Part shown: positions 39,039 to 48,582 of the stretch, piece by piece | How the letters are laid out: each line of letters starts with the position of its first letter | Position numbering within the stretch: the stretch's first letter is position 1 | DNA from: Anaerolineae bacterium | GTDB taxonomy: Bacteria > Chloroflexota > Anaerolineae > S140-20 | Assembly (NCBI GenBank): GCA_027021705.1 | Contig: JALUTT010000099.1 | Location: forward strand, 44,974 to 108,973 | Direction of reading: 5' to 3' | Length of the DNA: 64,000 nucleotides | Position numbers and translations under genes: made by a program | The notes under the pieces: generated by a model | Database searches by the model: none | Told to the model about the DNA's origin: nothing | The model's input: only the letters and a program-made list of their open reading frames with translations

Positions 39039-40735
39039 GGAAGAGGTGGGCTTCCGTCAGCCTGCGCAGCCTCCAGGTCCAAATCCTCCTCTGGACCATC
39101 CTCCCCCTCACCATCCTCCTCATCGCCCTCTCCCTCACCGGCATCCGCAGCCACCAACACTCGATGCGCCTCCTGGTCGCCGAACGGGACGCCGGGCTGG
39201 CCCGGCTGCTGGCCGACGACATCGCCACCGCGCTGGCACGCTACACCACCGGCCTGCAGGTCCTGGCCGCGTCCGAGGCCCTGCGCCACGGCGACAGCCA
39301 GACTGTCAAGATCGCCCTGACCGAGGCCAGCCACCAGATGGACGGGATGGTCCTCCTGACCGTGGACGCCTCAGGACGGGTCCTGACCGGCCCCCCGGTG
39401 CTGCCCGCCTGGACCGATGAGGCCGTCCGCCACCTCCTGACCGCCCCCCAGGCGATGCACGCACCCGCCGTCACCACGATGGCCGACCAACGGACCCTCG
39501 TCTGGAGCATTCCCCTGGGGCAGGAGGGCTCAACGTCGAGCCCTCGGAGTTGGCTGCTGGCCGGCCTGCCCCTGGACGCGCTGTCCCTGGCCCGGCTGCG
39601 CGAGACCAGCCACCTGAGCCAGGTGGGAACCGTCGTCCTGGTGGACCAAGAGAAGCGTGTCCTCTACGCCAGCGGCCCCCTGGTGGACGGCGAGACCTTG
39701 GACGACGGGCCAGGGGTCGCGCCCGCCCTGGCCGGTGAGCACGGTGTCCTCTTCGTCCCCACCCCCCAGGGCGAGTTGGTCGTCGCCTACACCCCCGTCC
39801 CCGGCCCCGGCTGGGCCCTTGTCCTGCGCGAACCGTGGGAGTCGCTGGCCGCCCCGCTCCTGCGCTTCGACCGGGTGATGCCCTTCGTCCTGCTCACCGC
39901 CGCCGTCGTTTCCCTCCTCACCCTCTTCTTCGGCCTGCGCTACGTCGTCCGCCCCCTGCAGAAGCTGGAGGCCCAAGCCCGCCAGATCGGCCTGGGGGAC
40001 TTCGAGGCCGTCGCCGACCCGGTGGGGGGCGTCAAGGAGATCGAAGAGCTGCGCCGCACCCTCGACCAGATGGCCCACCAGGTCCAGCGCTACCAGGATG
40101 CCCTGGAAGCCTACCTGGGCGCGATGACCCGGGCCCAGGAGGAGGAACGGGCCCGGCTGGCCCGGGAGCTGCACGACGAAACGGTCCAGACCCTCATCGC
40201 CCTCAACCAGCGGGTCCAGATGGTGCAGCGGACCCTGGAACGGGATCCGCCCCATGCCGCCGAGCGGCTGGCCGAACTGCGGACGATGCTCAGCGAAGCC
40301 GTCGAGGAAGTGCGTCGCTTCAGCCGGGCCTTGCGCCCCCTCTACCTGGAGGAGCTGGGGCTGGTGCCGGCCCTGGAGATGCTGGCCCGAGAGGCCGGGG
40401 CCTTCTTCCGCTACAGTGGCCCCCTCCGCCGTCTGACCGCTGAGCAAGAGCTGGCCTTCTACCGCATCGCCCAGGAGGCGTTGAGCAACGTCCAGCGCCA
40501 CGCCAACGCCTCCCACGCCGAGATCGAACTGACCTTTGCCCAGGACAGGGTGCTCCTGCGGGTGTGGGACGACGGGAGGGGCTTCGCCGTCCCGGAACGC
40601 CTCACCGACCTGACCCGCAACGGTCACTTCGGACTGATGGGGATGTACGAACGGGCCCAGCTCATCGGGGGCCGGCTGACCATCACCTCAACCCCCGGCC
40701 ACGGAACGACCGTCGAAGTGGAGCTCCCCCTCTGA
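39035..40735 (+). CDS. Membrane sensor histidine kinase (Cache-like, HAMP, HisKA_3)
   Basis: Two TMs, EERARLARELHDE, QEALSN..RHA, DDGRGF, GL.GM.ER. Confidence 0.93.
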   Translation: MRKRWASVSLRSLQVQILLWTILPLTILLIALSLTGIRSHQHSMRLLVAERDAGLARLLADDIATALARYTTGLQVLAASEALRHGDSQTVKIALTEASHQMDGMVLLTVDASGRVLTGPPVLPAWTDEAVRHLLTAPQAMHAPAVTTMADQRTLVWSIPLGQEGSTSSPRSWLLAGLPLDALSLARLRETSHLSQVGTVVLVDQEKRVLYASGPLVDGETLDDGPGVAPALAGEHGVLFVPTPQGELVVAYTPVPGPGWALVLREPWESLAAPLLRFDRVMPFVLLTAAVVSLLTLFFGLRYVVRPLQKLEAQARQIGLGDFEAVADPVGGVKEIEELRRTLDQMAHQVQRYQDALEAYLGAMTRAQEEERARLARELHDETVQTLIALNQRVQMVQRTLERDPPHAAERLAELRTMLSEAVEEVRRFSRALRPLYLEELGLVPALEMLAREAGAFFRYSGPLRRLTAEQELAFYRIAQEALSNVQRHANASHAEIELTFAQDRVLLRVWDDGRGFAVPERLTDLTRNGHFGLMGMYERAQLIGGRLTITSTPGHGTTVEVELPL

Positions 40736-40899
40736 CCGATGCGCCATTTGGCGGGGTGGCCAATGCGCCGAAAAGCCCTTGCGGACGTCCGAGAGCTATG
40801 CTACACTCCTGGTCAAACCCGCCAGGCGCCAAAGCGCGGGATAAGCCTGCGAGGGCCGGGGCGTTGAAAAGCCCCGGACAAGCCTTGCGAAGGTGGAGT

Positions 40900-41124
40900 A
40901 TGGCACGAGCACGGGTCAAACGTCGAAAAGAAGAGAAGCCGCGAGACTGGCTTCCCCTGGTCGCCTTCCTGGGGACGATGGCGGGGTTCCTGGGGGCCTA
41001 CCTGGGTGCTGAGGTCCTGCTGGGCACCCGGCCCCACCCGCTGCACTGGCTGGTGGCAGGCTCGGGGGGCCTCCTGGGTTATCTGGGTGGGATGATCCGA
41101 TACTGGCGTCGAGGAGACCTATGA
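40900..41124 (+). CDS. Small membrane protein
   Basis: 74 aa, RBS AGGTGGAG, two hydrophobic helices around 'HPLHW'; stop overlaps next ATG. Confidence 0.65.
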   Translation: MARARVKRRKEEKPRDWLPLVAFLGTMAGFLGAYLGAEVLLGTRPHPLHWLVAGSGGLLGYLGGMIRYWRRGDL

Positions 41125-41525
41125 ACGAGTTGATGCGGGTGGCTAGGGACTGGCAGGAGGTGGTGGAACGCCTGATCCAGGCGCTGGAGACGCAGGGAAT
41201 GCGCGTCTACCGCAGCTTCGATCTGCGCACCGCCCTTGCCGCTCTCCCTGATTGCGGCTGCCCCCATCACGGCACCGAACAGTGCACCTGCCAGTACGCC
41301 GTGCTGCTGGTCTACGGGGATGCCCCCTCGCCGGCTCAGGTGGTGACCCACGGGCGCGATGGGCAGACCTGGCTCTCCGTGCTCGGCGCTGACGACCCCT
41401 CCCCTTCGCTGAAGGCCCGTATCCTGGAGCTGCTGACGGCCACCTTCACGCCGGAAGAGCGGGGGTATCGGCACGCCACCCCCACGGGCGTCGCCGGAAC
41501 CATCCCCCGCACCCCTTCGCCATGA
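41121..41525 (+). CDS. Hypothetical protein with CxCPHHG...CxC putative metal site
   Basis: DCGCPHHGTEQCTCQY; translationally coupled. Confidence 0.65.
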   Translation: MNELMRVARDWQEVVERLIQALETQGMRVYRSFDLRTALAALPDCGCPHHGTEQCTCQYAVLLVYGDAPSPAQVVTHGRDGQTWLSVLGADDPSPSLKARILELLTATFTPEERGYRHATPTGVAGTIPRTPSP

Positions 41526-41552
41526 TCCATCGGATGGGCAACGGAGAGACCT

Positions 41553-42347
41553 ATGGACCAACCGAGCACGAAAAAGGTGGTGACCGGTCGCACGCGCACC
41601 GTGGTCATCTGGCTACAACGCCGGATCCTGGAGCTCAGCCGCCACTGGCTGGCCTGGGCCAACCTCTTCTGGGGCCTGATGGTGGGCCTGCCTTGGCTGG
41701 CCCCGGTCCTGATGAAGCTGGGGGCCACGACCCCGGCCCGGGCCATCTACTTCGTCTACGGCTTCCTCTGCCACCAGTTCGCCAACCGCTCCTTCTTCCT
41801 CTTCGGCCCCAAGACGATGTACGCCTACACGGAGCTGCTGCCCTACGCTCCCGACGCCAACACCTGGCTGGGGCTGCGGGCCTTCATCGGCAACGCCGAA
41901 CTGGGCTACAAGGTCGCCTGGTCCGACCGGATGGTCTCGATGTACGGCGGCGTCTTCCTGGGCGGATTGCTCTTCGCCCTGCTGCGCCACCGGATGAAAC
42001 CCCTCTCCTGGCGCACCTTCGGGCTGATGATCCTTCCGATGATCGTGGACGGCTCCACCCACTGGATCAGCGACCTGGCCGGCGTCGGTCAGGGCTTCCG
42101 CTACCACAACGGCTGGCTGGCGACGCTCACCGGGAACCTCTTCCCCTCCAGCTTCTACGTGGGCAACGCCCTGGGCTCCTTCAACTCCTGGATGCGGCTG
42201 ATCACCGGCCTGCTCTTCGGGCTGGCGATAGTCTGGATGGTCTACCCGCTGATGGAAGCCTCCTTCCAGGACGTGCGCCAGACGCTGGAGCCCCGGATGC
42301 GGCGGCTTCGCTCCCCGCTCCCCCAGACCGTGATAGATGTCACGTGA
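41553..42347 (+). CDS. DUF2085-like membrane protein
   Basis: Y..LCHQ...RSFF, P..VDG.TH, R..TG.LFG. Confidence 0.75.
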   Translation: MDQPSTKKVVTGRTRTVVIWLQRRILELSRHWLAWANLFWGLMVGLPWLAPVLMKLGATTPARAIYFVYGFLCHQFANRSFFLFGPKTMYAYTELLPYAPDANTWLGLRAFIGNAELGYKVAWSDRMVSMYGGVFLGGLLFALLRHRMKPLSWRTFGLMILPMIVDGSTHWISDLAGVGQGFRYHNGWLATLTGNLFPSSFYVGNALGSFNSWMRLITGLLFGLAIVWMVYPLMEASFQDVRQTLEPRMRRLRSPLPQTVIDVT

Positions 42348-42542
42348 TATTTGTCACCTATTCCCCTCGCCATTTGGCCTGCTCCCAACCCCGCCATTCG
42401 GCGCTGGCAACCGCCTTCCTTCTATGGTATGCTCTTCCCCAAGAAGCCCCGTGGCCCTCCCAAGGCCAGGTCCGGGAGGCAGCCGGGGGCTCCCCACCAT
42501 CTCTAGCCGATTACTATCTCCTCGTCGGAAGGACGGTTCGCC

Positions 42543-43793
42543 ATGCACCGTTGGCAACGATGGATTTCCGGGCTGAGCCTGCTGATCATCTTGGCGGGAT
42601 GGGCAATGCCGGTCCTGGCCCAATCGGAGACGACCGAGGGCTTCCACATCTTCTTCAGCGCCGGCTGCGCCGATTGCTGGCCCTACGTCGAAGAGGTCCT
42701 GGTGCCGGCCCTCCAGGCCGGCGGTGTCACCGCAGAGCCGGTCATCCACGACTTCACCCGTCCCGGTGGTCGCCAGTTGCTGGCCGACCAGGCCAGAGCG
42801 GTCGGGCTGCCGCGTCGGATCGCCGACTCCCTCTACGCCTTCGTCCCCCGTCCCGACGGCGGCTTCCTGGTCGTGCTGGGCCACGTGCCCGGCCCGCTGC
42901 TGGAGGAGTTGCTGGCCCGCGACGACCTGCCCCGCAAGCTGGTCATCCAGCAGCCCAAGATGCACGGCCAGCCCGAAGAGTACCGCCTCTGGTCCTTCAC
43001 CGGCGAGATGCTGAGCTTCCCCATCAACACGCCGTTGGACGAGGCGATCCCGCTGTTGCCCCCCACCCCCAGCCAATCGCTGCTGGACCCCGCCGAGGCC
43101 AACCTGGCCACGCTGCTGCCGGCCGTCGTCGTCACGGGCCTGCTGGACAGCGTCAACCCCTGCGCCTTCGCCGTCATCCTCCTGCTGCTCGCCTTCCTCT
43201 TCACCCTGCGCAAGAGCCGGGGCCAGGTCCTGAAGCTGGGGGCCATCTACGTGGCCATGATCTTCCTCGTCTACTTTGCCATCGGCCTCGGCATCCTGAG
43301 CACGGTCCGGCTGAGCGACGACCCCCACTTCGTCGCCCGCATCGGCAGCTACCTGCTCATCGGGCTGGGGGTGCTGAACCTGATCGAGTACCGGTGGCCC
43401 CGCTTCCCCATCAAGCTGCACATGCCGGCCGTCGCCCACAAGAAGGTCAACCAGCTCCTGAAGGTAGCGACCGTACCGGCCACCATCGGGGTGGGCCTCA
43501 TCGTCGGACTCTGCACCTTTCCCTGCTCCGGCGGCGTCTACGTCAGCATCATCACGCTGCTGAACGCCAAGACGACGATGGCCTGGGGGCTGGCCTACCT
43601 GACGCTGTACAACCTTCTCTTCGTCCTTCCGCTGGTCGTGATCCTGCTGGCCGTCGGCAACCGGGTCACCGCCAAGCGGTGGGCAGCCTGGGAACGGGAG
43701 CACGCCTTGGCCCTGCGGCTCTGGTTTGGTCTGATGATGATTGGTCTGGGAGTGCTGATGTTGACCGTCGTAATCCCCTCGGGAGGTGTGTGA
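42543..43793 (+). CDS. CcdA/DsbD-like membrane protein with N-terminal CxxC domain
   Basis: Signal peptide, GCADC, GLLDSVNPCAF and FPCSGG.Y paired Cys. Confidence 0.8.
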   Translation: MHRWQRWISGLSLLIILAGWAMPVLAQSETTEGFHIFFSAGCADCWPYVEEVLVPALQAGGVTAEPVIHDFTRPGGRQLLADQARAVGLPRRIADSLYAFVPRPDGGFLVVLGHVPGPLLEELLARDDLPRKLVIQQPKMHGQPEEYRLWSFTGEMLSFPINTPLDEAIPLLPPTPSQSLLDPAEANLATLLPAVVVTGLLDSVNPCAFAVILLLLAFLFTLRKSRGQVLKLGAIYVAMIFLVYFAIGLGILSTVRLSDDPHFVARIGSYLLIGLGVLNLIEYRWPRFPIKLHMPAVAHKKVNQLLKVATVPATIGVGLIVGLCTFPCSGGVYVSIITLLNAKTTMAWGLAYLTLYNLLFVLPLVVILLAVGNRVTAKRWAAWEREHALALRLWFGLMMIGLGVLMLTVVIPSGGV

Positions 43794-44426
43794 GTGGTGC
43801 TGAACATCAACGTGAAAGAGACTATGGCGACGCGAGCGCGTTACAACCGCATCGCGCCGCTCTATGATTTTTTGGAGACGTTGGCCGAACGTCGCTACCG
43901 GAACTGGCGACAGCGCGTCTGGTCCCTCGTGGAAGGGCCGAAGGTGCTGGAGGTCGGCGTGGGAACCGGTAAGAATATGCCCTACTACCCTCCGGGGGTC
44001 CAGGTGACCGGCGTGGACCTGAGCGAGAAGATGCTGCTCCGCGCCCGACGCCGGGCCGAAAGGATGGGCCTCTCGGTGGCCCTCTTGCAGATGGACGCCC
44101 AGGTCCTAGACTTCCCCGATGACACCTTCGACAGCGCCGTCGCCACCTTCGTCTTCTGCTCCGTGCCCGACCCGGTGCAGGGACTGCGGGAGATGGCCCG
44201 CGTGGTCAGGCCGGGAGGTCGGATCGTGCTGCTGGAACACGTGCGGGCAGAACACCCCCTCCTGGGGCGGCTGATGGATCTGCTCGATCCGCTCGTCGCC
44301 CGGCTGATGGGGCCTCACATCAACCGGGAGACGGTGGAGAACGTGCGACGAGCGGGGCTTACCTTGGAACGGGTGGAAGACGTTGGCATGGGGGGGATCT
44401 TCAAGTTGATCGTAGCCAAGATCTAG
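43794..44426 (+). CDS. Class I SAM-dependent methyltransferase
   Basis: LEVGVGTG, FVFCSVPDP, RPGG..LLEH. Confidence 0.9.
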   Translation: MVLNINVKETMATRARYNRIAPLYDFLETLAERRYRNWRQRVWSLVEGPKVLEVGVGTGKNMPYYPPGVQVTGVDLSEKMLLRARRRAERMGLSVALLQMDAQVLDFPDDTFDSAVATFVFCSVPDPVQGLREMARVVRPGGRIVLLEHVRAEHPLLGRLMDLLDPLVARLMGPHINRETVENVRRAGLTLERVEDVGMGGIFKLIVAKI

Positions 44427-44470
44427 CCAAGGTCAGCCAAGGTCAGCCAAGGTCGGAGGAGAGGAACACG

Positions 44471-45067
44471 TTGGAACGCAAGCTGCCGGACTGGGACAAC
44501 CGGACCACCTGGCGGGGGCTGATGGCCTTGCTCTTGGTCGCGGGCCTGGCCTGGATCGCCCTCAGCCGGGTGCCTGAAGGGGAGATCACCACCCGCCACG
44601 ACCGTCCTCCCCAGCCCCAACGGGGCTTCCCGGCCCCGGACCTCTCACTGGAGACGTTGGAAGGGCAGACGATCGCCCTCTCCGACCTGCGGGGCCAAGC
44701 GGTGATCATCAACTTCTGGGCCACCTGGTGTCCGCCCTGCCGCGCGGAGATGCCGGCCCTCCAGAAGGTCTACGAACGGTATCGGGACCAGGGCCTGACC
44801 ATCCTGGCCGTCAACCAGCAAGAGAGCAACGGACGGGTGGCCGACTTCACCGCTCAGTTCGGCCTCACCTTCCCCATCCTGATGGATCGGGATGGCCGCG
44901 TCTTCGCCCGCTACCGGGTCACCGCCCTGCCCACCACCTTCTTCGTGGACCGGGAGGGGATCATCCGAGAGGTGACCATCGGCGGACCGATGAGCGAGCC
45001 CTTCATCGAGAGTCAAGTCACGGCGCTGCTGGGGACCACCACGGCCCGTCAGGAGCCTGAGGGATAG
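44471..45067 (+). CDS. TlpA/ResA-like membrane-anchored thiol-disulfide oxidoreductase
   Basis: APD..L, NFWATWCPPCRAEMP, LPTTFF. Confidence 0.92.
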   Translation: MERKLPDWDNRTTWRGLMALLLVAGLAWIALSRVPEGEITTRHDRPPQPQRGFPAPDLSLETLEGQTIALSDLRGQAVIINFWATWCPPCRAEMPALQKVYERYRDQGLTILAVNQQESNGRVADFTAQFGLTFPILMDRDGRVFARYRVTALPTTFFVDREGIIREVTIGGPMSEPFIESQVTALLGTTTARQEPEG

Positions 45068-45080
45068 CCGGAGGCCGACG

Positions 45081-45860
45081 ATGGCACCAACGCTCAACCT
45101 CTTCGGCGCTGCCGTCCGGGTCTACGGGCTGATCCTCCTCCTGGCCGCTTGGGCCGGGTTGTGGCTGGCGGCCCGTCAGGCCCGACGGCTGGGGCTGAAT
45201 GAAGACCACGTCTACAACTTGGGCTTCTACGCCCTGCTGGCCACACTGCTGGGGGCGCGGCTGGCCTACGTCCTCCGCTACTGGTCCGTCTACCAGGACG
45301 CCCTCCTCTCGGCCCTCTCACCGACGCCAACGGCGCTGGCCTGGTCGGAGGGGGCGCTCATTGGTGCGGTGACCGCCATCGCCTACGGCAGCCGCCGCCG
45401 GCTGCCCGTGGGGGCCACGCTGGATGCCCTCGCACCGGGAGCGGCCCTGGCCCTGGCCCTGGAACGGCTGGGAGCCTTCCTCGACGGCAGGGGCTTCGGA
45501 GAGCCGACAACGCTCCCTTGGGGTGTCCACCTGTGGGACGAGGTCCGCCACCCGGTCCAGCTCTACGAGATGGCAGCGCTGCTGATCATCCTGGGAGTCC
45601 TCTGGTGGGGAGTGAAGCGCAGCCCCTTCCAGGGCTACCGCTTCACCCTGTTCGCGGCCCTCTACGCCGGCGCCCGCCTCTTCCTAGAGGCCTTCCGGGC
45701 CGACGCCCCCCTGATGGCCAACGGCGTGCGGACCGTCCAGGTCATCGCGTTGGGAGTGATGCTGGGGGCCATCGGCTACCTCTACCGCCGTCGCTTCCCC
45801 CCACCGGCTCCCCAGGAACCACCTGCCGGTCACGCCCCCCAGGGGTCTGGGGCAGAGTAG
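45081..45860 (+). CDS. Prolipoprotein diacylglyceryl transferase (Lgt)-family protein
   Basis: YG, GARL.YV, D..APG, LPWG, HPVQLYE, RLFLE.FR. Confidence 0.8.
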   Translation: MAPTLNLFGAAVRVYGLILLLAAWAGLWLAARQARRLGLNEDHVYNLGFYALLATLLGARLAYVLRYWSVYQDALLSALSPTPTALAWSEGALIGAVTAIAYGSRRRLPVGATLDALAPGAALALALERLGAFLDGRGFGEPTTLPWGVHLWDEVRHPVQLYEMAALLIILGVLWWGVKRSPFQGYRFTLFAALYAGARLFLEAFRADAPLMANGVRTVQVIALGVMLGAIGYLYRRRFPPPAPQEPPAGHAPQGSGAE

Positions 45861-45945
45861 AGCCCGCCGGTCGGACACTTCCCTTGGGAATCCGACCGGG
45901 GATTGAAGCAATGACCGTCAAATCCACCAACGAGAGGGAATGGCT

Positions 45946-46341
45946 ATGCGAAAAACCCTGCTCATCGGCGGCCTGTTCACCCTGCTCCTCCTCGCCGCCT
46001 GCGCCCGTGGACAACCCGACATCGCCGTAGACACCACCCGTCACGACTTCGGTTCCATCCCCCAGGGCCAGGTCGCCACCGCCGAGATCACTGTGCGCAA
46101 CACCGGACAGGGAGCCCTCAAGATCGAGGCCGTCTCCACATCCTGTGGCTGCACCTCGGCCCGCGTCGAACCCACCACCATCCCCCCCGGCGGGGAGGGA
46201 CGGCTCCTCATCCGCTACGACTCGGGCCTCCATCCCGACAGCGGACCGGTGCGACGCCACATCTACATCGCGTCCAACGACCCCGATGAGCCGGAGGTCG
46301 AGGTGATCATCACCGCCGACGTCCAGGAGCCGACGTCGTGA
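45946..46341 (+). CDS. DUF1573-like lipoprotein
   Basis: Lipobox LAAC, HDFG.I, N.G...L.I, TSCGCT, IPPG, SNDP. Confidence 0.8.
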   Translation: MRKTLLIGGLFTLLLLAACARGQPDIAVDTTRHDFGSIPQGQVATAEITVRNTGQGALKIEAVSTSCGCTSARVEPTTIPPGGEGRLLIRYDSGLHPDSGPVRRHIYIASNDPDEPEVEVIITADVQEPTS

Positions 46342-46397
46342 CGACAGGACACCCTCAACCGAGGGCGTCCCGTTGAGCAACCCAGGAGGAAGAGACG

Positions 46398-47000
46398 ATG
46401 AGCAAACGTCGAACTCCCAAACGCCGCTCGCGCCGCTACAAGTCCTATAAGAAGAACAACAGCCTGACGATGGTCCTCATCGGCGGTGCCGCCCTGATCC
46501 TGCTGCTGGTCGGATGGTACCTCCTCCAGGATCGGGAGACGCCCAGCCTGGCCGCCTCCACCGACACCCTCACCTACAATCCTGAGGACGTCGTCTACGA
46601 CGAGGGGCTCTTCGGCGTCCACGAGATGGGGCCCTCCCAGACCCCCATCCCCTTCCTGCCCGCCGACGGCCCCCAACCCAAGCTGGAGATCCCCCAGACC
46701 TACTGGAGCTTCGGCCAGGTAGGACCGCGTGACGTGGTGGACCACGTCTTCGTGCTGAAGAACGTGGGCGACGCCCCCCTGACCATCAGCCGCATCTACA
46801 CGACCTGTGGCTGCACGACGGCGGAACTCTCGGCCCGGGTCATCCCCCCGGGCAAGATCGCCCTGTTGCGCGTCATCTTCGACGCCGGCTACCACGACGT
46901 GCGCGGGCAGCGGGTGCGGCGGGGCGTCATCATCGAGAACAACGACCCCACGAACAGCCAGGCCGAGGTCTGGACCGAGGCAGCCGTCCGCTGGAAGTGA
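46398..47000 (+). CDS. DUF1573-like membrane-anchored protein
   Basis: Basic N-terminus + TM, N.GDAPL.I, TTCGCT, IPPG, NNDP. Confidence 0.8.
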   Translation: MSKRRTPKRRSRRYKSYKKNNSLTMVLIGGAALILLLVGWYLLQDRETPSLAASTDTLTYNPEDVVYDEGLFGVHEMGPSQTPIPFLPADGPQPKLEIPQTYWSFGQVGPRDVVDHVFVLKNVGDAPLTISRIYTTCGCTTAELSARVIPPGKIALLRVIFDAGYHDVRGQRVRRGVIIENNDPTNSQAEVWTEAAVRWK

Positions 47001-47035
47001 AACTCCACAATGAGCTACCGGACCCACTCCCAGGG

Positions 47036-47098
47036 ATCCTCCCGCAGGTTCCCTTAAGCCACCGCTGCCGCCGGGCACCGCGCGACCTGCGGGAGGAT
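47036..47098. repeat. Intergenic hairpin with 14-bp perfect inverted repeat
   Basis: ATCCTCCCGCAGGT ... ACCTGCGGGAGGAT; same arm at 17230 and 54811. Confidence 0.75.
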
Positions 47099-47151
47099 GA
47101 CAACGGTCAGGTAGCGAGACTCCACAAACCACCAGGAGGAGAACAGGTCTG

Positions 47152-47877
47152 ATGCCTTCGCTCACCGTGCCCCTGGCCTTTCTGGCCGGGCTGCTTTCCT
47201 TCGTCTCACCCTGCGTGCTGCCCTTGGTGCCCGTCTACCTGGGCTACCTGTCGGGAAGCAGCCTCACCGACGATGCCCCCCTGCCCCGCCGACGGTGGGT
47301 CTTCAGCCACGCCCTGGCCTTCGTCGGCGGCTTCACCTTCATCTTCATCGTCCTCTTCGGCCTGCCGACGACCCTCCTCGGCAGCACCCTGCAACAGTAC
47401 AGCGATGGGATCGCCAAGGTTGGGGGAGCCATCGTCATCCTCTTCGGCCTGCACACGATGGGGATCATCACCATCCCCTTCCTGAACGTGACGCGCCGGG
47501 TGGAGATAGGAGGGGGGATGGAACCCGGTCACCTTCGCTCGACCCTCTTCGGCGTCACCTTCGCCGCCGGTTGGACACCCTGCATCGGGCCGCTGCTGGG
47601 CACCGTGATGACCCTCGCCTTCACCGAGCCCTCTCGGGCGGTGGGGTTCATCCTCATCTACGCCCTAGGGCTGGCCACCCCCTTCCTGGTGACGGCAGCC
47701 CTGCTGACGCGGGCCATCGGCTGGCTAAAGCGGCTCAACCGATACCTGCGGGCCGTGGAGATCGCCAGCGGTGCACTGATGACCGGCGTGGGCCTCCTAC
47801 TGGTCAGCGGAACCTTCTCCGTGCTCAACAGCTACTTCATCCAACTCACGCCGGAGTGGCTCCTGCGCTACCTGTGA
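47152..47877 (+). CDS. ccdA: Cytochrome c biogenesis protein CcdA
   Basis: AGLLSFVSPCVLPLVP.YL and GWTPCIGP.LG. Confidence 0.92.
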   Translation: MPSLTVPLAFLAGLLSFVSPCVLPLVPVYLGYLSGSSLTDDAPLPRRRWVFSHALAFVGGFTFIFIVLFGLPTTLLGSTLQQYSDGIAKVGGAIVILFGLHTMGIITIPFLNVTRRVEIGGGMEPGHLRSTLFGVTFAAGWTPCIGPLLGTVMTLAFTEPSRAVGFILIYALGLATPFLVTAALLTRAIGWLKRLNRYLRAVEIASGALMTGVGLLLVSGTFSVLNSYFIQLTPEWLLRYL

Positions 47878-47888
47878 GGAGCCAAGCC

Positions 47889-48581
47889 ATGCCCAAAGCC
47901 AAGATCCTGGTTGTGGACGACGAACCGACCATCGTCAACACGGTGCGGGCCTACCTGGAGCAGGAGGGCTACGGGGTCCACACCGCCACGGATGGCCCCG
48001 CCGCCCTCAAGGCCGCCCGCACCTTCCGACCCGACCTGATCGTGCTGGACATCATGCTCCCCGGCCTGGACGGGCTGGAAGTGCTCCGGCGGTTGCGCCA
48101 GGAGTCCGACGTCTACGTCCTGATGCTGACCGCCAGGACCGAGGAGACGGACAAGATCGTGGGCCTCACCATCGGGGCCGACGACTACCTGACGAAGCCC
48201 TTCAGTCCACGCGAGCTGGTGGCCCGGGTGAAGGCCATCCTACGCCGGGGGCGGGGCATCACGACGGGTGAACCAACGCTGGCCTTCCGCCGCCTGCGCA
48301 TCGAGCCCGAAGCCCGCCGGGCCTGGAAGGACGGGGAAAGCCTCGACCTGACGCCCATCGAGTTCGACCTGCTCCACGCCTTGGCCCGCCATCGGGGTCG
48401 GGTGCTGAGCCGGGAGCAGCTCATCGAGCAGGTGTGGGGCTACGACTACTACGGCGACGAGCGGGTGGTGGACGTTCACATTGGCCGCCTGCGCAAGAAG
48501 GTGGAAGACGACCCGGCCCACCCGACGCTGATCGTCACCGTGCGGGGCGTCGGCTACCGTTTTGAGGACGAGGCGGTGTGA
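47889..48581 (+). CDS. OmpR/PhoB family response regulator
   Basis: VVDDE, LDIMLP, GADDYLTKPF, VDVHIGRLR.K, TVRGVGY. Confidence 0.95.
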   Translation: MPKAKILVVDDEPTIVNTVRAYLEQEGYGVHTATDGPAALKAARTFRPDLIVLDIMLPGLDGLEVLRRLRQESDVYVLMLTARTEETDKIVGLTIGADDYLTKPFSPRELVARVKAILRRGRGITTGEPTLAFRRLRIEPEARRAWKDGESLDLTPIEFDLLHALARHRGRVLSREQLIEQVWGYDYYGDERVVDVHIGRLRKKVEDDPAHPTLIVTVRGVGYRFEDEAV

Positions 48582-48582
48582 G

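Noticed and set aside
44425..44454. GCCAAGGTCA x3 as a regulatory site
   Set aside because: Short intergenic duplication with no promoter context; cannot be distinguished from slippage
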